Source: Octopus sinensis (Eukaryota). From it: 64,000 nucleotides of DNA. Made by a program: the position numbers and the translations under genes. Shown here in pieces: positions 56,408-64,000 of this stretch (position 1 is its first letter; each line of letters begins with the position of its first letter). The notes under the pieces are model-generated. The model made no database searches and was not told the origin of the DNA. It was given only the letters and a program-made list of their open reading frames with translations. The stretch lies in the NCBI RefSeq assembly GCF_006345805.1, contig NC_043024.1:3472001-3536000 (forward strand), read 5' to 3'.

Positions 56408-57185
56408 GGATCTTTTCCTTTTGAACGGCATATGTCAACACAATTTCTAGTTAACTAAACACTTTTAAACTTCATATACTGGTAGAATGTGTTTATAAAA
56501 CATCATTTTTTTCTTGGCTTTATTGAGAAAATTCTATATGTTGTAACATATTTCCACTTTAGAATCGAGCATTTCGGCAATTTTAACCAATCGCTCGCCT
56601 CCATTTGGGGTGAAAACATTCCGTACTGTATGAATATGTCCCTCAGAAACAGATTGGGTTTATTTACATTTGCGAAGAAAAAAAGATGCCCTTCCCCTAC
56701 CCCTAACCCCAAAACAGATTGAAATGCAATAGATCGATACTAGGGTTATAATTATGGGTGACATTTTCATATGACACCGCTACGGAAAATGGGATTTTTT
56801 CCTAGCGGTGTCAAATGAAAATGTCACCCATAATTATAACCCTAGTATCGATCTATTGCATTTCAATCTGTTTTTGGGTTAGGGTTAGGGGTGGGGGAAG
56901 GGTATCTTTTTTTTCTTCGCAAATGTAAATAAACCCAATTTGTTTCTGAGAGACCTATTCATACAGCACGGAATGTTTTCACTCCAAATGGAGGTGAGCG
57001 ATTGGTTAAAATTGCCGAAATGCTCGATTTTAAAGTGGAAATATGTTACAAACTATAGAATTTTCTCAATAAAGTCAAGAAAAAAAATGATGTTTTATAA
57101 ACACATTCTACCAGTATACGAAGTTTAAAAGTGTTTAGTTAACTGGAAATTGTGTTGACATATGCCGTTCAAAAGGAAAAGATCC
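56408..57185. mobile_element. Second copy of the palindromic foldback element
   Basis: Same termini and arms; TSD not clean. Confidence 0.85.
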
Positions 57186-57396
57186 TTTTTTTGTTTTGTT
57201 GACCAGGAGTTAAAGTAAACGTTAAACTAATTCTTTCCTAAATAAATTGCACTTCATATTCGAGGCTCTGATGAAACCAAGAGATGCTATTCAGGCACTC
57301 AATTATGAGTTCACTACACCTTATAGCAGAAACACCTGTAAGCTAGAGAAGTTCATAAGATAATTGATTCCTTTATCATTTCTCTTTCTAATTACC

Positions 57397-57436
<40 letters not shown>

Positions 57437-59459
57437 CGTTGCTATTATGCGAAAGTATCATAAGTCCAAAATGTTGCTTTTTTTCCCAGAAAGCGTATAA
57501 GTAGTTTTTCACCTTTCTATAGCAAAACCGTTGTACTACACTTTGACAATTTTTTTTATTTTTCGGCATATGAAGCAGCTGGAGATATTATAGTTTGACA
57601 AGAACTGGCTATGGTAAGCAAAAATAAATAGTGAAAAAAATACATTTGGACATACGACAGTTTAACATAATAGCAACGATATATATACATAAATATATAT
57701 ACTTGGAAATGGAGCTCTAATAATCCGTTACAGCATTTACCTAACGTACCTAATCATTTAGATCACCTGTGAACTAAAACCCCATACTTTATATATATAT
57801 ATATAAATATCACCGTGATCACCGTGACCGACCGGACTATCAGATGTTGCTACACATCGCTGGTCACAATGCACTTCGCATTGTTTTAGCCTTCAAACGA
57901 CGCCACTCCGCTGGCTAAGCGAGCAGGCCAATATATATATACATATATAATGTACAATATATGTATTCATATAATCCAGTGCTAATCACAATAAAAGCTC
58001 CATCAGTGGATCAGGCTATAAACCACATAGCAAACAAATACAGAGAAGAGTTAAGTATCAGCCTTATGCAGTTGAAATCCAATCGGTGAAAATTATTTCT
58101 TGGGGAGAACATAGAATGGAAGTCGCTTTACCTATTAATAATAATAATAAAGAAATGGTTAAAACGACGTATGGCCATCCCTGTATATATAGAGGTATGT
58201 ATTGTATATGTAATAATTAAATTATATATTATGCCCTTTATTGTGTTTTGTTAGGCGCATGATCCCTAAAATGGTTGGGGTCTCCAGCTCTAATTCTTTC
58301 TCACTGACAACAAAACGGCGTGTGTCCCTTGATGTTGAAACATTTCTCTGATCAACAAAAACCATGTCTTCTCCCTCTCTCTCTATACAACGAAACGGAA
58401 ATATAAGAAGCAACTTACATGATTCCAGATACCAATGTTGACCTGTCATGGATAAATTCTTGAGACAAACAACCAAAGACAACAAAATTTTTGTTTTCTT
58501 ACCGGAACAAATTTACTCAAGTTTATGTCGTTTTAGACTTTTTACACCGGAGAAGGTACAAACCGGAAGTACACTATTAACTCCCTTTATTTTTCGATTT
58601 TCTTTCTTATACCCTCGCTCTATTTCTATCTCTCCCTATCTATCTTATTCCCTTTCTTTTTACCGGCTCCACTCCCTCTTTCTTTCTCCACCTTTCTTAC
58701 TCCCCCTCTCTCTCTCTCACTATATTCCTCTCTTTATCTTTCTCTCACACTCAATATTCCTATCTTCCAAATTCCATTTTCTTACCAGTTTTACACCCTT
58801 CTCTCTGTATCCCCCCTTGTTTTTTTATCCCTCTCCCCCCTCTCTCTCTACTTTTCTTATTCTCACTCCCTGCTTTCTTTTCCCGCTTCATATTTTATCT
58901 ATATCATTTTTTTAAAATCTTTCTCAGGATCTTTTCTCATTTCTTCCGAAATTATTAAAAAATTTGCGAGTATTTTCTATCGAAAGTCACTCAGAAAATT
59001 ACAATTATTTTTCGAGAAATTAAGACTAAAAAGGTTTTTGTTTTTCTTTATTAGAGGCAATAGTTGTAAGCAGTTCCTATTTTTCCCACTTGTTTTTCCT
59101 TCAGGATATAACAGTCTAAGAGTACAATGTGTTGTATTGATAGAAAGTTGGCTGTTATTTCTAGCAGGTCGAACAACCGCGTGGAGACTCCCGCAGAGAA
59201 AAAGAATTATTTTAGCTGTCAGTAAGCCGTGATTGAGTTGACCAGTTTGTTTCCAGAAATGACAATCCCATCGTATCCAGGATTATATTCATTAATTCTT
59301 TTAAAGATAGAATTTGCGTAAAATTTGATTACTATTTCAAACTTTTGAATTGACCAGCAGTGAATTAGCAAGATGTTTAGCAACTTTTACTTACTAAATT
59401 AATTACTTAATTCATTTGTAAACCATGTTCTTTCTCACGAATAAAACAGAGATGGGAAT

Positions 59460-60360
59460 CATCATCATCATCATCATCATTTAACGTCCGCTTTCCATGC
59501 TAGCATGGGTTGGACGGTTCAACTGGGGTCTGGGGAGCCCGAAGGCTGCACCAGGCCAGTCAGATCTGGCAGTGTTTCTACAGCTGGATGCCCTTCCTAA
59601 CGCCAACCGCTCCGAGAGTGTAGTGGGTGATTTTATGTGCCACCGACACAGGTGCCAGACGAGGCTGGCGAACGGCCACGCTCGGATGGTGTTTTTATGT
59701 GCCACTGACACAGGTGCCAGACGAGGCTGGCAGACGGCCACGCTCGGATGGTGTTTTTATGTGCCACCGACACAGGTGCCAGACGAGGCTGGCAGACGGC
59801 CACGCTCGGATGGTGTTTTTATGTGCCACCGACACAGGTGCCAGATGAGGCTGGCAGACGGCCACGCTCGGATGGTGTTTTTATGTGCCACCGACACAGG
59901 TGCCAGATGAGGCTGGCAGACGGCCACGCTCGGATGGTGTTTTTATGTGCCACCGACACAGGTGCCAGATGAGGCTGGCAGACGGCCACGCTCGGATGGT
60001 GTTTTTATGTGCCACCGACACAGGTGCCAGTTGAGGCTGGCAGACGGCCACGCTCGGATGGTGTTTTTATGTGCCACCGACACAGGTGCCAGACGAGGCT
60101 GGCAGACGGCTACGCTCGGACGGTGTTTGTTACGTGCCCACAGCACGGAGGCCAGTCGATGCGGTACTGGCTACGGTCCCGTTCGGATGGTTTTCTTATG
60201 TGCCACCGGCACTGGTACCACAAGGATACAAATTCCATTGATGTTCATCTATTTTGATTTGGTTTGACTTGATTCGATTTGACTTTGATTTGATTTGCCT
60301 CAACAGGTCTTCACAAGTGTCACAAGCAGGAAGGTATGCACAAGCAGGAAGGAATACTTT
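59460..60360 (-). mobile_element. RTE 3'-UTR copy containing an expanded 62-bp minisatellite
   Basis: Reverse complement of 54110-54580 with internal tandem expansion. Confidence 0.75.
59631..60125. repeat. 62-bp tandem repeat, 8 units
   Basis: atgtgccacc starts at 59635, 59697, 59759, 59821, 59883, 59945, 60007 and 60069. Confidence 0.95.
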
Positions 60361-61445
60361 TAATAAACTGCTTCAGAACTGACCTGAAACTAAAGAGCAA
60401 GATATTGAACTGATATGTTCCTAGGGAGATATTTTGTCCTGCATGTGCCATTAAACAACATCTAGTGGTGAGGCTACAGTTTGGGAGTTCTGGAGTTGTG
60501 GGGAGCTCCTTAGCTGCACTGAAAGCAATCATTCTTGGGCAAGGATTCTCAACCATTTATTATTTATGGACCCCTTTGATTACCATGTAGTGGCACAAGC
60601 AGCCAGCGCCATATTGGATGAGATCTCGCCGGCAGCCATTGCCATCTCCAAGACTAGAGCGAGACCTCATCTGCATCCATTTGCCATGTGCGAGATCACA
60701 ACGAGGCTCACGATGGAAAACTATATAAAGGGAAAACCCAATTCAAATCTCTCTTTTTGGCGCCGCTACACAACAGCGCTGGCTGGACCTGTCTATATGT
60801 TGTATCTCCAGAGGCAATGCGCCCACACTTACGGAACTACTACACAACACACACAGCTAAAGATGGTTGCTGTGAGCAGCACACTACACCTTTCCTGTGA
60901 ATCCTGTAAATAACATTTGTACTTGAAGTCTTTTCTCTTCGCCTACCGGAGCCTGAAATACATGAAGAACAAAAAAGATGATGGAAGAAGACGATTTTCT
61001 TCCGATATCATAAACCTTGCCCTCTATTATAACCATTTTACTCTGGTGGATTCCCATAGCCATTCGCTGTTTAAAACTAGTTTTATATAAACTGCTTTCA
61101 AAATTCCTATTTTGCTTTCCACACATTAACTTGTGTAGGTTAAACTAAGTAAAATGTTAGAGAAAGGAACCTAGCTCTTCCCTGCAATACATAACCAATA
61201 CATACATCTAAAGCAAAATTTTGTGGGTCCACAGTTTACTGTTTTGCTTGTGTGGACCCCTTTAATTACTATTTTATTCTGGTGGACATATCATAGCCAT
61301 TTGATGTTTAGAAACAAGATTACTTGTTTTAAATAAACTTCTTTCAAAATTCCTATTTTATTTTTCATGCATTAACTTGTGTAGGTTGAATTATGTATGA
61401 TGTTAGAGAGAGAAACCTTGCTGTTTCTTGCAATACCTAACCAAT

Positions 61446-61806
61446 AGTGGCTGTGTGGTATGTAGCTTGCTTACCAACCACATGGTTCTGGGTTCAGTCC
61501 CACTGTGTGGCATCTTGGGCAAGTGTCTTCTATAGCCTTGGGCTGACCAAAGCCTTGTGAGTGGATTTGGTAGACGGAAACTGAAAGAAGCCCGTCGTAT
61601 ATATGTGTGTGTCTATGTTTATCTCTCCAACATCATTTGACAACCGATGGTGGTGTGTTTACGTACCAGTAACTTAGCGGTTCAGCAAAAGAGACCAGTA
61701 GAATAAGTACTAGGCTTACAAACAATAAGTCCCGGGGTCGATTTGCTTGACTGAAGGCGGTGCTCCAGCATGGCCACAGTCAAATGACTGAAACAAGTAA
61801 AAGAGT
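61446..61806 (+). mobile_element. SINE family 1 copy
   Basis: Family match. Confidence 0.85.
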
Positions 61807-62137
61807 ATATGTGTGTGTGTGTGTAGCAGACTGGGTGTGATGTGTCATATCAATTCAATATGATGTTAAAGCTGATGCAAAAGCGGGTGTCGCTCCTTGG
61901 TCTGGCTGACACAAAATGGGAAGAGATAGAAAATTCTCCCTGTTATATAGTAATGTAGGTCAAACATTAAAGAAAGGACAAACCTTTCCTTAACCAGTAC
62001 AGGTCCTAGGGATTTGAGTGTTTCCTCATCAATCATCTTGGTGTGGGGAGGATTTCCCGCTTGTTTTGAGAAGCAACAAGCTGATGGATTTGGTTTCAAA
62101 TCTCAGGCAGGGTCAAGCTAGATGCACACACACACAC

Positions 62138-62179
<42 letters not shown>

Positions 62180-62459
62180 TGTGGTGTTAGTAGTGTTATG
62201 CGCTGTGATGGAGCTATGTGGTGTTGGTGGAGGGGATTGCAGATGAGGTGGATGGAAGTGAGCACTGCAGAGGCCTGTGGCATGCATGGGCAGGAAGCAT
62301 GTGTGGTCAGTTCGAGCAGAGATGGCAGCGTGAAAGGATGTGTTTATTTTCTTGAGAGTGACCGCTCATTCCACCGAGGTCAACAGGTCAGGCCTTTTCT
62401 ATTTCTTTCTCCCGTTTGCTTCTTTTTTCTGTTGTCCTTTTCCTCCATCACACTACATA

Positions 62460-63349
62460 TCTATATATATAAAAGTGAAGTTGTGTGAGTGTCTGTCTCC
62501 TACGATTTAGATTCCTAACTCCTCCCACATTTTGCGGTGCAGTTTAACCAAATTCGGGTATCTTATAGTCGTGATTCATATCGAGCCCGTCTGGGTATTA
62601 GCGCGCGTCTACGATGAGCCTACGATTTAAAAAATAATTTAACATAATTTTTTTCCATTTCTTCCAATTTTTTCGTGTGTCGATGGCGGCGGAGTTGGCG
62701 TCCATGCTTCACAGCTGCACCTGTTTGCTTCTCCCCCTTCCCTCCCTCGTGAAGCTGTGGGGAAGGGAGTGTAAAGAAATCAACGTCGTAATGCGTTGTG
62801 AAGGAAACCAGCGTTCTTTTAGAACAACGACTTCATGGCTTGAAGACACCAAAACAAAAATGGCTAAGAAAGCCCGAATTTATAAGGGAAGTAACTCTCT
62901 AAAAATGCTTATATAGTTATTTCCCTTACAAACCCGAGCAACGCTGGGCGATACTGCTAGTCTATATATATAAAAGTGAAGTTGTGTGAGTGTCTGTCTC
63001 CTACGATTTAGATTCCTAACTACTCCCACATTTTGCGGTGCAGTTTAACCAAATTCGGGTATCTTATAGTCGTGATTCAAATCGAGCCCTTCTGGGTATT
63101 AGCGCGCGTCTACGATGAGTCTACAATTTAAAAAATAATTTAACATCATTTTTTTCCATTTTAATGCATTTTTTTGCTATTATATAAGGGAAGTAACTCT
63201 CTAAAAATGTCTACGATGAGTCAACAATTTAAAAAAAAATTACTATAATTTTTTTTCCATTGTTAATGCATTTTTTGGCTATAACTCTCTAAAAATGCTT
63301 TATAGTTATTTCCCTTACAAACCTGAGCAACGCCAGGCGATACTGCTAG
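62460..63349 (+). mobile_element. Head-to-tail dimer of the non-autonomous Helitron (62460-62960, 62961-63349)
   Basis: A|TCtatatatataaaag ... ctgCTAG|TCtatatatataaaag ... ctgCTAG|T. Confidence 0.85.
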
Positions 63350-63365
63350 TATATATATATATATA

Positions 63366-63544
63366 CTGGAGTAAACACATAAATGTGAAACAAGGTGGAA
63401 AAAAGAGTACTCAAATACCAGTGGTAGAGTAATATGCTTTATTTAAAGCAGTTTTTGCTAGATTCTAGCAAAAACTGTCCGATGAACGGCAACGGGAAAC
63501 TCAGAGTAACAGGTTTTGTTGAATTTTCTGCTGCTTTAAATAAA

Positions 63545-63545
<1 letters not shown>
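63366..63545 (+). mobile_element. Second copy of the palindromic hammerhead-like element (one arm largely deleted), in (TA)n
   Basis: ggagtaaacacataaatgtgaaacaagg... matches the reverse complement of 10410-10497; hammerhead-like motif at 63467-63520. Confidence 0.7.
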
Positions 63546-63577
<32 letters not shown>

Positions 63578-64000
63578 AACAAAGGTAGCTATATGCAAAA
63601 AAGAATTCAAAACCAAAAAGGAAAATTTCAACTGTCACTAGTTGGGACTGAAAGTACAGGGGAGCACCTACTTTGCTAGAAATAAGAGCAAAGCCATCTG
63701 GCAATGGAATAGTCACTACTGATGAGTTTGTAATTTTCAAATGAAACTATAGTTATAATGATCTCTTGCTGTGGGATGGTTATCTCCCCTGTCAGTTTTT
63801 GAAAATGTGCCTTCTGTGTGTGTGTCTTTGTGTCCCCCCCACCACCACTTGGCAACCGATATTGGTGTGCTTACATCCCTGTGACCTAAGAGTGTGGCAA
63901 TACAGACTGATAGAATAAGTAAAAGGTTTTTGAAAACAAAAATAAATCCGGGGGTTGATTTATTCAGTTAAAAATTCTTCAAGATGGTGCTTCCATAAAG

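Noticed and set aside
57268-57300. CTGATGA as a further hammerhead
   Set aside because: No stem II, GAAA or flanking stem I could be formed.
59631-60125. CRISPR-like array
   Set aside because: Units are contiguous with no unique spacers, there are no cas genes, and it lies in a eukaryotic LINE tail.
60566-61050. P-element/THAP9 or Harbinger transposase call
   Set aside because: Only vague resemblance with motifs in the wrong order; left unassigned.

Overview
Eukaryotic, repeat-rich genomic DNA, almost certainly from an octopus (octopod cephalopod). Two protein-coding genes lie tail-to-tail. (1) On +, a complete molluscan hemocyanin gene: CDS 25520-41512, 13 coding exons, 8772 nt = 2923 aa, a signal peptide plus seven functional units FU-a to FU-g with all six copper-binding His per unit visible. 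Linker introns are phase 1, FU-b, e and f carry internal introns, the c/d linker has a GC-AG donor, and a terminal phase-1 intron sits just before the stop. (2) On -, PAF1 (RNA polymerase II-associated factor 1): two coding exons, 53549-52896 and 48832-47783, 567 aa. The remainder is transposon debris and microsatellite: Tx1/L1-clade, Dong/R4 and RTE LINE fragments, several tRNA-derived SINE families, a Tc1 relic, piggyBac and TA-TSD MITEs, non-autonomous Helitrons, an ~820-bp palindromic foldback element in two copies, and multi-kb (AAT)n and (CAT)n arrays. The most novel-looking signals are two distinct non-autonomous repeat families carrying minimal type-I hammerhead ribozyme motifs of the Penelope-like (dimer-requiring) kind, one fused to a tRNA-derived SINE head. 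Most entries in the ORF track are microsatellite or repeat artefacts. All exon boundaries and folds were derived by hand; no database search or folding was run.
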